A stretch of DNA of 63,873 nt, counting the filler, from Octopus bimaculoides (Eukaryota), in assembly GCF_001194135.2 (NCBI RefSeq). It is 5 parts of 5 records of this genome, joined end to end, with 100 filler letters (N's around TTAATTAATTAA, not from the genome) between each part and the next. Parts side by side here need not be neighbours in the genome. Positions count along the whole stretch, not along the records: positions 1 to 10,699 come from NC_068992.1; positions 10,800 to 19,812 come from NC_068994.1; 3 more parts are not named here. One strand, written 5' to 3'. Shown here piece by piece: positions 1 through 11,683 of the stretch. How positions within the stretch are numbered: the first letter of the stretch is position 1; each line of letters starts with the position of its first letter. The notes under the pieces are model-generated. The model searched no databases, was not told the origin of the DNA, and worked only from the letters and a program-made list of their open reading frames with translations. Both the position numbers and the translations under genes were made by a program.

Positions 1-35
<35 letters not shown>

Positions 36-1601
36 TATTGTCCTGTTAATGACCTACAAACAGTAACGATGCCAGAGAATTGAAATATCTTCAATCTTCA
101 ACTATGAAATCAAGTCATATTGAATAGTTAGCTACCTGAATGATCTGTTTAATGAATGAGATTTAAATTAGTGTCTGGTATTCACAATAGAAATTTAGTT
201 TACTAACCTTTTCGATTACATATGTAAAGCTTTTATATTACGACTTTCCTGTAGTAAGTATTCAATGCCTACTTCCTAAAATTAGCCAGACTGAGTGATT
301 GTGTCCCCATGTCTTGACAGCAGCAAACATTCATGATTATCTCCGTTACAAGGGAAGACAATAACAAAAGACATCGACATGAATATGCCATTGATGACGA
401 CCAAGGCATGGATGTCTGTGAGACCTAAATCTGCCTACAGTCGACCAATTTCCACTAACTTTATACAATGATTGGCAGCAGTTATTAATTTTTGTTTGGC
501 AATTCAAAATCAAATAAAACAGGCAAAATACAAATTGTTACATAATGAAATCTGTTTTATATTCTTTCCCTTTATATCTATAATTATGAATTACTTAAAA
601 ACAGCTTCAGACAATCAAGATAACAGTGAAGTTTGAATTTATTGTACTTCATCTGTTGAGAATTTTCGTTAGAAAAACAAATGACTATGTGGTTTGGGTA
701 TAAAAAGAAATCGAAGGCAAAATTATTTGTATATTACTGTAAAACAGTAAACAGCAGAACCACGTAGAATGTAGAATGAAAAATACTATACAATCATGCT
801 TTAGAAGCTGAAAATGTACATCTAACACCCAACATTAATTATAAATTCTACAACATTTTCTGGCGAACGTAAACACATCTGAACACTTGCCTTAAATCAA
901 ACGCTATCAGTCTTAGCTAGGATATTGTAAACAAAATAATGGTTTCGTATTTAGGCGCATGCCTAAATTTACCTCTTCCTTATATTTAGGGAAGGAATAA
1001 GTCGATTTCATCGACCTTAGTGTTCAACTGCCATATATTTTATCACCCCTGGAAGGATGGAAAGCAATGTTGACATCGGCGAAATTTGAACGCAAGAGAA
1101 GAAATGCGACGATGAATTTCGTCCTCCGCGCTAATGCGTCTACCAACTCGCCGCCCTCAAACAGAAATTAGAAATAAGGGTAGAATATACACAAACATAA
1201 ACAACTATTGTAAAATACTTTTGAAGTTATATCCGTACAGTTCAGGTAAAAACATGAAGGATAAACTACAACATATATTTCATAAAATCAATAGTTAGAA
1301 CTACAATGCTACCACGATTGATAACGCTTCTAATTTAGGGTTAATATTCTTAACTTGCATTGTAAATGTATATAATAACGAGAAATTATCATAATATCTT
1401 TAACGATTTAGAAAGTATCTCGAACCATACACTAAAATACTTTTGATTTCATAACCTTTGGAAATCGTAATTATGTGAAAGCAGGAAAGAGGTTCATCCA
1501 AATTTGCTGTCTATCGAATACAGTTTAAATGTGGGGAGTGCCAAGGAAAGGAATTGAAGAAAAAGAGGGAAAAGAATAAGTGAAGATGATGGTAATGTTG
1601 T

Positions 1602-1746
1602 AGAAGAAGAAGAAGAAGAAGAAGAAGAAGAAGAAGAACAACAACAACAACAACAACAACAACAAGAAGAAGAAGAAGAAGAAGAAGAAGAAGAAGAAGA
1701 AGAAGAAGAAGAAGAAGAAGAAGAAGAAGAAGAAGAAGAAGAAGAA
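1602..1746. repeat. (GAA)n(CAA)n(GAA)n microsatellite
   Basis: Direct reading. Confidence 0.98.
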
Positions 1747-3255
1747 GGCGTTGGGGATGAATGAGAAGATAATGACGAAAATAAAAGTAGGAAGAAGAGA
1801 AAAAATTGGCGAAGAGCAGGAGAATGAGGAGGCCAAAAAATGAAAAGTTGAATTGTATTCCACTGAGTTAGTCGATAATGATTTCTGATGTTAAATCAAG
1901 ATTATTAAACTGCAAGTGTTTGCCATCTGTTTCCGTATGTTTGTTTTATGTCATGCATTTCAAAAAAAAAAAAAATTCAGAGAGCATTGAAGCCTCTTCA
2001 AAATAGGTTATCATATACTTGAAGCTAGTGCTCTAAACTAACCTGGACTAGACATGCGCAATTTACGTAATTGACACAAAATTCTATACTGAAATTTGGC
2101 AAGAACACTATTTCTATCTTACGTCATCAACCATTTTACCTTTATTAGAAACAGGAAGTATTTTTGTTTTCAATATAGTATAGATTTAGTTTTTATACTT
2201 CTTAGAATATCAATGTATTGAGGAAAAAAATATTGATTTAAATTATGAATAACAATATCTAAATCTAAGCCTTATTTTTCTTAGCTTTGATTTTCAGATA
2301 AATGTTACAATATTAAAAATCATATTTCACCCGCAAGGATATTTATTCTCTTTTCTTGTGTACTATCTATTTGTTTGAGTTTTTTAGATGCAACATTTGA
2401 AGAAAAAATTGGAGTTTGGAATTTGTTAGAAATCAATATTTACACATACGTACAATATTACACAGTCACATCTAATACTTAATACAACGTTCTTAACATT
2501 TTTAAGGAGATTTGCAGCATTTTTGAAATTTTATGAATATTTTCATTGGAAAGTTATACTCGACAAACGAAAATGGTGATAGTAATCAAAAACTATCTAA
2601 AAATGAATGCCTTCAGTACCGAAATTCTAGAACGGTTGTTGGTTTTATTCAGAAAGAAAACAACCATGCATCTTAAGATATTTTATTCTAAACCAAAGAA
2701 AAATCTTCAGATATAAAATTTTCTTAACAATTGATTTTTATAAATCATGTTTTTGCTCAGAATAAGAATAAGAAAATGTATCCACATGAATCATATGGAT
2801 GCCAAAGTTAGTAATATTAAGTAACCTTAAGTATGAGATGAATATTTTCTGATTTGGACAAACCTATTTATACTATTAGAATATTAGGCTTTTATTGCCG
2901 TAGCTAGAGAACACAGAGCTAAATGTCTCGCTTAGAAATACAGTAAAATTCTTGTAACAAACATGAGCTCAAACTTTTTCAACGGGGAGAACAAATAACA
3001 GACCACACCACCGAAATCAAGTCAAATTATCAAAAAATATCATTGCATAATTTAGTTTTATTATTCCTATGTTCTCTTCACTTGTATTGGTAGAAATTTG
3101 GTTTTAAAGGTATCACCACAGCAAGAGAAGTAGGGTTTGAGATTACCTTCTATTACTATTTCACATACTGATAATGAGAACATAAACAATAATTAATGAA
3201 CATTTACAATAAAATATGTTATGGTTGAACATTATATAGTCTTTGTTCACAGGTT

Positions 3256-5058
3256 ATATAATGTTTGATAGAGTGTTGTTTTGCAATTAGGTAGTTAAAT
3301 ATATTTTAAGAGGAGTCCTTTTAGAGTTAATTAAATATAAGACTTATTTTGTTAATGTCTAAAAATCTATGATTTGCACCCACCGTATTAATATGGTAGG
3401 TATGTTTAACGAAATTTGAGCAAAGTGTTTATAAAATATTAACAATAATAAATAAAAACAATTAAAGAATACCTGCAGTAAATTATGAAGTCATTATAAA
3501 ATCTACTAAAATGTTTCCTAAAAGTTTCTGTCATAAATTTTGTTGTCTTCTCTATGAAAAGTTTAGATTACAAAATACAAATTTTAGGCAACTTTTACAT
3601 TTTGTTAGCGTCTGCTTTAACGCGCTATTTCCATAATTGTCTGACTTTACATAGTATTAAAAGTGCGGATGAAAGTTGTCAAATACACTTTTCTTTAATA
3701 GCCAAATCTTTACAAATTGTAACTACAAATGTCGGAAGTGAGCTTAAAGAGAAATATCGAAGATATCCAGTTTGGTGAAAATAATCTGGAGCAAGAAAGC
3801 TTTCAAGAACAAGTGACCTGCGTACGATCAATGAGTGGCTACTTCCGTATTTTCTTTACGAAATTATTCGATCAGTGAATAAATTAAGTGAAAGTGCAAC
3901 GGAATGTCTTTGTAGTACTTCTTCCATTGAATCTACAAATATATCGATTTGACAACGCAATCAAGTGGTTAGAATCGTTAGAAAGATGAGGTAAATTTAT
4001 GTCAACTCACACGTCAACAAATATCTGCCCAGTTTCGGTGAAATGGTGCAAAAATAGTTCTCATATAAATCCGTGTCGATACATGAAACTCAAGATTTCT
4101 TCCAAAATCACTTTCTTCTAAACATTTAGATTCAACCTTGATTAACTGAAACATATTTCATCGGACAATTTGAAGAATCTCGTATACTATATTATACAGG
4201 TTACTTAAGAATATGTACGTAGCCAACCGTTTTTCCACGCCTAAAAATCACTAATACTTTCTAGCATTTATAATTCAGCTGGAATATTCAGGGTCTTGGT
4301 ATAAAAATTTAAAGCAATCAAATAGAGAAACAAGTCCTTCTCCTATTATTGCTATAAAGCATAATCTTTCAAAAAATAAAAGAATATTAATTTTCAACAA
4401 ATGAAATAACATTTTAAGTAAAAAGAAGAGTTCATTTTGAGATTACATACTTGGCTTTTGTTTTTGTTTTTCAAACCCAAGCCAAGTAAGCACTTCTGAT
4501 CATAATTTTATTGATGTTCGTGTATTCGGTTAACTCGCTTTGACTTGCACTAAATTCCATTCAGCTACATTGAGAATGATTTGGGTTGTAATGCTTTCTA
4601 TTCTTACGTTCTTCGAATTGTGTTACCTAATTTTTACTTTTGTTAATTCATGTTGACTCATATTGATGTGCCTTTCATTAGTTTATGATCATTTAATTAA
4701 TTAGATTTCTAACATGATTCTACTTTAAAGAAAATAAATTAGATTCAAATATACTTTCTTTACATTCAAACAACTAAAACAATTAAATAGACTATGATAT
4801 AGCAATATACATAGATATTGGAAGGATCTTTTAAACAATATTCAGTAGCCTCAAGCTTTTAAAGTTTTGGCATTGAAAGCTTAAAAAGACTATACATATA
4901 ATGTTAGATAGAGTGTCGTTTTGCAATTAGGTAGTTAAATATATTTTAAGAGGAGTCCTTTTAGAGTTAATGAAATTTAAGAGTTATTTTGTTAATGTCT
5001 AAAATTCTATGATTTGGACCCACCGTATTAATATGGTAGGTATGTTTAAGGAAATTTG
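3256..5058 (+). repeat. 163-bp direct repeat, offset 1640 bp
   Basis: 3256-3418 and 4896-5058, fewer than about 10 differences. Confidence 0.9.
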
Positions 5059-5552
5059 TTTAACGAATATATAATCATATATATATAATATATATGTTTA
5101 ACGAATATATAATTTAACACTTTTACAACCTAGTTCCCTACTAGCTCTTGTTTATATCCTTTCTCACACAACGGCATCTAACATAATAACATATTTATGA
5201 AAAGCCTGTCTCTTCACTCGGTAAAAAAGTTCACCTTCACTGCTTCCAAATTTCATACCATGGTTTACTATACACATTGTCTTATGCAAAGTATATGAAG
5301 TATGATATTCTATACAAAGTCTTCGTAAATGTTATTCTCTTTTCGAAAGCCGGCATTGCAACTCATGACTCAGAATGCAGTATTAAATGCTGATAAATTT
5401 TATAGTACAGCGGTGTCAACGATTCATTTCATTTCTTCATAAGTTCATTGAAAAGAAGCCAAAGTAAAAATGTATGAGCATAATATAGTAACCCATAAAG
5501 TTAAATTTAAAATAATGAGGGCTAAAAAATATAAACATACAGATACATATAT

Positions 5553-5597
<45 letters not shown>

Positions 5598-5610
5598 NNN
5601 NNNNNNNGCT

Positions 5611-5642
<32 letters not shown>

Positions 5643-5786
5643 GCATACAGAATATACACGCACGCTCACGTGTATATATAAAATACATAAATTATTTCTT
5701 CATTAACCAGTGGTTGCTTCTGCGTATTTGTAGATTTTTGTGTATGCAGGTATTTATGAGAATATAATCATATATGAATATACATA

Positions 5787-6200
5787 GGCGCAGGAATGGG
5801 TATAAGCGCAGGGGTGGCTGTGTGGTAAGTAGCTTGCATACCAACCGCATGGTTCTGGGTTCAGTCCTAGTGTGTAACACCTTGGGCAAGTGTCTTCTAC
5901 TATAGCCTCGGGCCGACCAGAGCCTTGTGAGTGGAATTGGTAGATGGAAACTGAAAGAAGCTCATCGTATAAATATGTACATACATGTATATGTTCGTGT
6001 GTGTGTGTTTGTGTTTGTCCCCCCCACCTTTGCTTGACAACCGACGTTGGTGTGTTTACGTCCCCGTAGCTTAGTGGTTCGGCAAAAGAGACCGATAGGA
6101 TAAGTACTAGGTTTACAAAGAATAAGTCCGGGGTCGATTTGTTCGACTAAAGGTGCTGCTCCAGCATGGCCGCAGTCAAATGACTGAAACAAATAAAAGA
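5787..6200 (+). mobile_element. tRNA-derived SINE family 1 (head + internal microsatellite + ...GACTGAAACAAGTAAAAG tail)
   Basis: A-box-like TGGCTGTGTGG, B-box-like GGGTTCAGTCC. Other copies or parts at about 10498-10970(-), 13798-14052(-), 16745-16915(-), 17999-18133(+), 19975-20135(+), 45195-45298(-), 54850-54920(+). Confidence 0.85.
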
Positions 6201-6392
6201 ATAAAAGAATACATATACGTTTCCAAATGCAATAATGTGTATTTGCTCTCATTTNNNNNNNNNNNNNNNNNNNNNNNNNNNNNNNNNNNNNNNNNNNNNN
6301 NNNNNNNNNNNNNNNNNNNNNNNNNNNNNNNNNNNNNNNNNNNNNNNNNNNNNNNNNNNNNNNNNNNNNNNNNNNNNNNNNNNNNNNNNNNN

Positions 6393-7850
6393 ATACAATT
6401 TACTATCGACATTATTGTGGAATTGCAATAGGAACTCGAGCTGCTCCAGTGATTGCGAACCTTGTAATGGGTTACCTAGAACTCAAAATATACCAATCAT
6501 CACTACAAAAATATGGCACTTCATTTCATTGCTATTTAAAGGATAACTGTAAGAGGTATTTAGATGATTGCTTTATACTTTGGAAAGATAGCTTGAGCAA
6601 ACTCCTCAATTTCAAAATAATACTCAACAATATCAATAGCAGCATACAATTCACCATGAAACACAGCAATAAACAACTCCCTTTTCTTGATATCCTAATT
6701 AAAATAGTCAATAATCACATCGAAATGGACATCTTCTATAAATCCACAGATTCAAAACAATACCTATTATTCAACTCATGCCACCCCAAACACATAATAA
6801 TTAATATACCTTATAATCTAGTGAAAAGAACCTGTACCAGAGTTTCGGACACCAATACTCGTGAACGATGACTCCTTGAACTCAGATCAATACTAATCAA
6901 GACACATTAACCCAACATCATTAATAAATGATTGGATTAAACAAGCAAAGGAAAGAGACATACGAACATTAAGGGAAGTCAACTGAAATACTACACCAGA
7001 CTTAAAAATACTCCCATGCATCTCCACACACAACCCTAGAAACAATGAAGCCTTCAACATTATCATCCAAAATCTTCCCGTCCTCACAGGAGATAAAACA
7101 ATAAACGAAATTTTAGGCTCACACAAAATTATCAAGAGCAAATGCAACCGAAATCATTGAAAAAAATATTAACCAACGCAAGACTATGTCCATTAACAAA
7201 GGAACCAAAAGTAAAAAAATGCGGTCAGCCTAATTGTGGCACATGCCCCCACCTTTTGGAGAGTACAGAGTTCCACTTTAAGCAAGGTGAAATATTTAAG
7301 ATAAAATCAAATTTCACCTGTGCCTCGGAAAACCTTATCTATGCCATTATCTGCTTAGAATGCGGTAATCATTATATAGGCCAAACAGGAATGTCACTCC
7401 GTCGAAGACAAATCCGCAACTCACAATACAGACAGTTACAGGTCAGTGAACACATAGAAAGATGTGCTAGGAATCTTAATCCTAACTTCCAAATTTTCCT
7501 TTTATATCACTGTTCACAGAACACCTCAGTTCAACAAAGAATGACTAAAGGAGCAACTTTCATCCATAACTCAACATGGACACATGACATAATATAGAAC
7601 ACTACTAACCTTACCATTAATACAACTAATTCCCAAGCATTCCATACACCATTCATATTACAGTATGACATCTACCCTAATTGCACCACTCCCAGAACTA
7701 CTTACCTCCCTTGCATATAATCTTTTTACTCAGGGACTAGTAGACCCGACACCTTTTGGTAATCGGTGCGCATTCAAAGCCAGCGAGCAGCAATTGAAGA
7801 AACTGGTATGACTTTGAATCCCTTTAACAATTCAAAATAATGACTTAATT
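6393..7850 (+). mobile_element. Penelope-like retroelement fragment (RT C-terminal half + GIY-YIG endonuclease, Neptune-like)
   Basis: GIAIGTRAAPVIANL, RYLDD, FTM..LPFLD, YKSTDSKQYL..SCHP; then CGQPNCGTC, NLIYAIICLECGNHYIGQT. Stops/frameshift between 6871 and 7142; 5' part lost in an N gap. Confidence 0.9.
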
Positions 7851-8239
7851 CTACCTCAGTTTATCTAATTGTATATATTTATCGTTACTTTTCATTAAAA
7901 AAAGCCTTTATTTTTTTATATCCAATGTGCATTTTCACTTTTTTCTTCTTACTTCCCCATATAAGTAACACGTGTAGTTTATTTTATCTCTGAAACCTAT
8001 TTATATTATATATANNNNNNNNNNNNNNNNNNNNNNNNNNNNNNNNNNNNNNNNNNNNNNNNNNNNNNNNNNNNNNNNNNNNNNNNNNNNNNNNNNNNNN
8101 NNATATATATATATATATATATAGTAGATTAACATACAAATAACACACGCAGTCAGAGGAGCAAAAACACGTACCTAAAAAGGCATAAAAATATAAAACG
8201 AAAGCAACAACATATTGTAAAATAGAGAACATGGCTTAT

Positions 8240-9200
8240 TGGGGAATACCATTTATCCAAAAGTAGTAAAAGAAATAAAAGAGAAAGAAAATGTACGATG
8301 CCTAATTTAAGGTCTATAATAGAATGAAAGCTGTGGAATGGAACAGAATGACCAGAAGTGGAGATACAACCCGGACCATTGTCAAGTTTACTAAGATGGG
8401 AAAGAGAGAGAGAGAGATAATAATCACAAAGGTCTGCTGAGGGGTAGACGAATGGAGAGAGAGAGAGAGAGAATCAGCACGAAAGGAAAAGACAAGAGTA
8501 GTGGGAGCCCGCGATACCAGTGTGTATGTGGATATATGTTAATAATTAAGTATAGTTAAATGTGTAAAAGTTTCATGTGTAGAGGTTAAATAGCATTTAT
8601 TGTGATTCAAGAAATTTAAAATACTTGTAGTTAGGCTTACAATAATCATCATTGCAATATAATATATCAGCCTAAAAATGTAAATTTACATGCATTTACG
8701 AATATACATATGTACACATGCATACAATATGCATATATCTGCACACAGTAAAACAGCATAGATATGTACTCTCTGATGCAACAAGCTAAGTGGTAGTGGG
8801 GATATGTAGGATATGTAAATGGCGAAAGTGTCTGCTTGTGGTGCCTTAGGGTGAAGAGAAATCTGTGATGGGTGGTAGGTTGGAAGTATGCTTGTAGATT
8901 TATGAATAGATGATGAGTGTCTTAGTGTGCCTGTTGCGCATCTGCATGTGCTGTGATCAGTTATGCCCTCTGTCAAAATAGCGTGTGCTTTGTTTAGTTT
9001 GTCTGGATGTATAGAAGCATAGGCTAGTATATGTGATCTGTGAGACAGAGTGTAAAATGTGAGATGGGATGTGCTATGTTAGGGTGAATGCAAGAGAAAA
9101 GCATGCGATGCAGTATGTTATGTCATCGTGACCACATCATTCGAAGAGGTGGAGCAGTCAACTAGGAAGATGGGACGTTGTCCTTTTTATTAAAAAACGG
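8240..9200 (-). mobile_element. Highly decayed repeat, probably a third PLE 3' region
   Basis: Minus strand ITYTSLCFYTSRQTKQSTRYFDRGH resembles the IxCxxC..YIGQT.R.L..RF.EH GIY-YIG block; weak. Confidence 0.35.
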
Positions 9201-10100
9201 TAGGAGATCCTTGTTATGAAATAATAACATCAGCCGAAAGATGAGAAAGACTGTATGTGGATGAGTGAAGTGCTACCATGTTGGTGATATGTTCTTTAAG
9301 AAGATATGTTCTTTTAAGAAGATGCTACTGTTCTGGTGATATGTTCTTTAAGAAGATAGGTTTTTCCAATATTTCAAAAACCACAGAAGTGATATTTATG
9401 ATTGTAAACAATGATCTTTGTAGTGTTGAAACAAATATCGGTGATATGGAAGCGACTAGATCCAAGTAAGATAATTGTGTTCTGGATGTAAAGGCATGTG
9501 TTACACCGGGCTCTGAAACAGGTTAAAAATTCGATATGCACATTTGGAGAGTTAGAAAGGCTGCAAACAAAAGGGTTATTCAAATTTGCTACCCATTTGC
9601 AGCAAGGGAGAAGTTGTTTATGAACGGTGAGGTGGGTGAGGTGTTTAAGTGTGCAAATGCACAAGCGGAAAGTGTACAAGATGGATTGCTGGAGAAATAA
9701 GACGTTAGTGAGGAAGGTCAGGAGAACGAGCAAGGGGTTAACAGTGGGACGCATATGCGATGTGAGTGCGGAGATGCGGCCAACGTTACGAATTAAGCAT
9801 AACTGACAATCATCTAGGGATAAACTCGATGCAGATTTAAGCCGTCACGTGGGACTGAGAACTGGGTCTCAAAATCGTGATTATAACTACAGAGGCAACT
9901 GAGGTGTAGGAATTCTGAATAGGAAATGGAAGATTTGGATTAGCTGGTGAGGATAGAGACAAATTTGAGGTAAAATTGGAAGTTGGTTAGTTTATACCAA
10001 ACGGGTGTGGAGAGATAGAAGTTTGATTATTAATGGTGACAGAAGTGTCGAATAGATTGACTAAGAAAATGGTATTGGTGAACTGATAGACGGTCGAAGC
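9200..10100 (-). mobile_element. Degenerate Penelope-like element (RT thumb + GIY-YIG)
   Basis: Minus strand SIPYSEFLHLSCLCS near 9930-9880; TCFRARCNTCLYI..GSSRFHITD..IIVY then CGF*NIGKT..KEH near 9530-9340. Confidence 0.75.
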
Positions 10101-11640
10101 CCTTCAAGATGAAGTTTATGAAGACGGTGAGATAAGCATGTATCATTGATATACATATCACAGTTCCGGGGTGAGATGAGGGCAGTGAACTAAGCAAAAA
10201 TTTGAGCCACGACGTAACAAATAGAGTAAAGTAAAAATACTGAGCTCAAGCACAGTGTGATATATATATGTGTGTGCATGTGTGTGTGTGTATGAATTCA
10301 TATATGTATTAGTCATAAGGATTCAATAAAACCTAAGCACATTAACGCGTAAGACATCTTACTGATTAACATTTTACCTGAAATGGTGAATGATATGTTA
10401 TGATGTAATCTATGAATCCATCGACAAAATTCTACTGAAACAGGTATCGTAAATTTTAAATGCCATTAGTGTTCTTGTTATATATATATATATATATTTT
10501 ACTTGTTTCAGTCATTTGACTGCGGCCATGCTGGAGCACCGCCTTCAGTTGAGCAAATCGACCCCAGAGCTTATTATGTGTAAGCCTAGTACTTATTCTA
10601 TCGGTCTCTTTTGCCGAACCGCTAGTTTACGTGGACATAACCACACCAGCATCAGTTGTCAAGCGATGTACACACAAACATATAAACATACACATGCATN
10701 NNNNNNNNNNNNNNNNNNNNNNNNNNNNNNNNNNNNNNNNNNNTTAATTAATTAANNNNNNNNNNNNNNNNNNNNNNNNNNNNNNNNNNNNNNNNNNNNA
10801 TATATATACGACGTGCTTCTTTCAGTTTCCGTCTACCAAATCCATTCACAAGGCTTTGGTTGGCCCGAGGCTATAGTAGAAGACACTTGCCCAAGGTGCC
10901 ACGCAGTGGGACTGAACCTAGAACCATGTGATTGGTAAGCAAGCTACTTACCACACAGCCACACCTGCGCCTATAATGCTAATGTTTCTGCCAGCTCACC
11001 ATTTAATATTCTTCAAGATGCTTAGCATTGCTGCAGTTGAACAAAGTAATGTCCCTTTTCTCTTACTGAGTGAAATCAGGATTGACTTTATTTTACATTC
11101 ATGCAGAGAGAAGTTAGGCAATAAAATATGTACATTCTATCTTCTCTTCCTCCTCTTCCTCCTCCTCATCATCAATACTATTCAAGAAATGCTTTGCAAT
11201 ATTTGTCCCAGCTCTTTACATTCTATATTCAAAACCAACCAAGTTCAACTTTGCCTTTTATCCCTCCAGATATGGTTGGGTGGGGATAGATAATAAAAGT
11301 ACCAGCCAAGTGCTGGAATTGACAGTATCAGTTTTCTTTCTCCTCTGTCTAAATCAGAAACAAGTGAGCTCACAGAATTATTAGCACATCAGACAAAATG
11401 CTTAACAACATTGCTTCTGGCTTTATATGTTCCAAATTCAAATTCAGCCAAAGTTGACTTTGCCTTTCATCTTTTGAGGTCAGTAAAGTACCAGTCTGGA
11501 GTTGATTACAATCAACGTGTCACCTTACTCAAAACTGTTGGCTTTGTGCCAAGATTATAAAGAATTATTATTATTGGGGGTTGATGTAATTGACTTACTC
11601 ACTCCGCGAAATTGCTGGCCTTGTGCCAAAATTTGAAACC

Positions 11641-11683
<43 letters not shown>

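Noticed and set aside
3729-3878. 49-aa ORF MSEVSLKRNIEDIQFGENN...
   Set aside because: Short, no splice support, no recognisable motif.
7794-7820. Possible hammerhead remnant at the end of the first PLE (TTGAAGAAACTGG...); similar traces near 10090-10110 and 39380-39410
   Set aside because: Expected location in the first case, but too degenerate to pair stems convincingly.
10744-10755. TTAATTAATTAA islands inside N runs (also 19857-19868, 41282-41293, 61832-61843)
   Set aside because: At 10744 the island is flanked by exactly 44 N on each side (100 bp total), the others look the same, and the 12-mer has stops in all six frames: a scaffolding gap placeholder, not biology.
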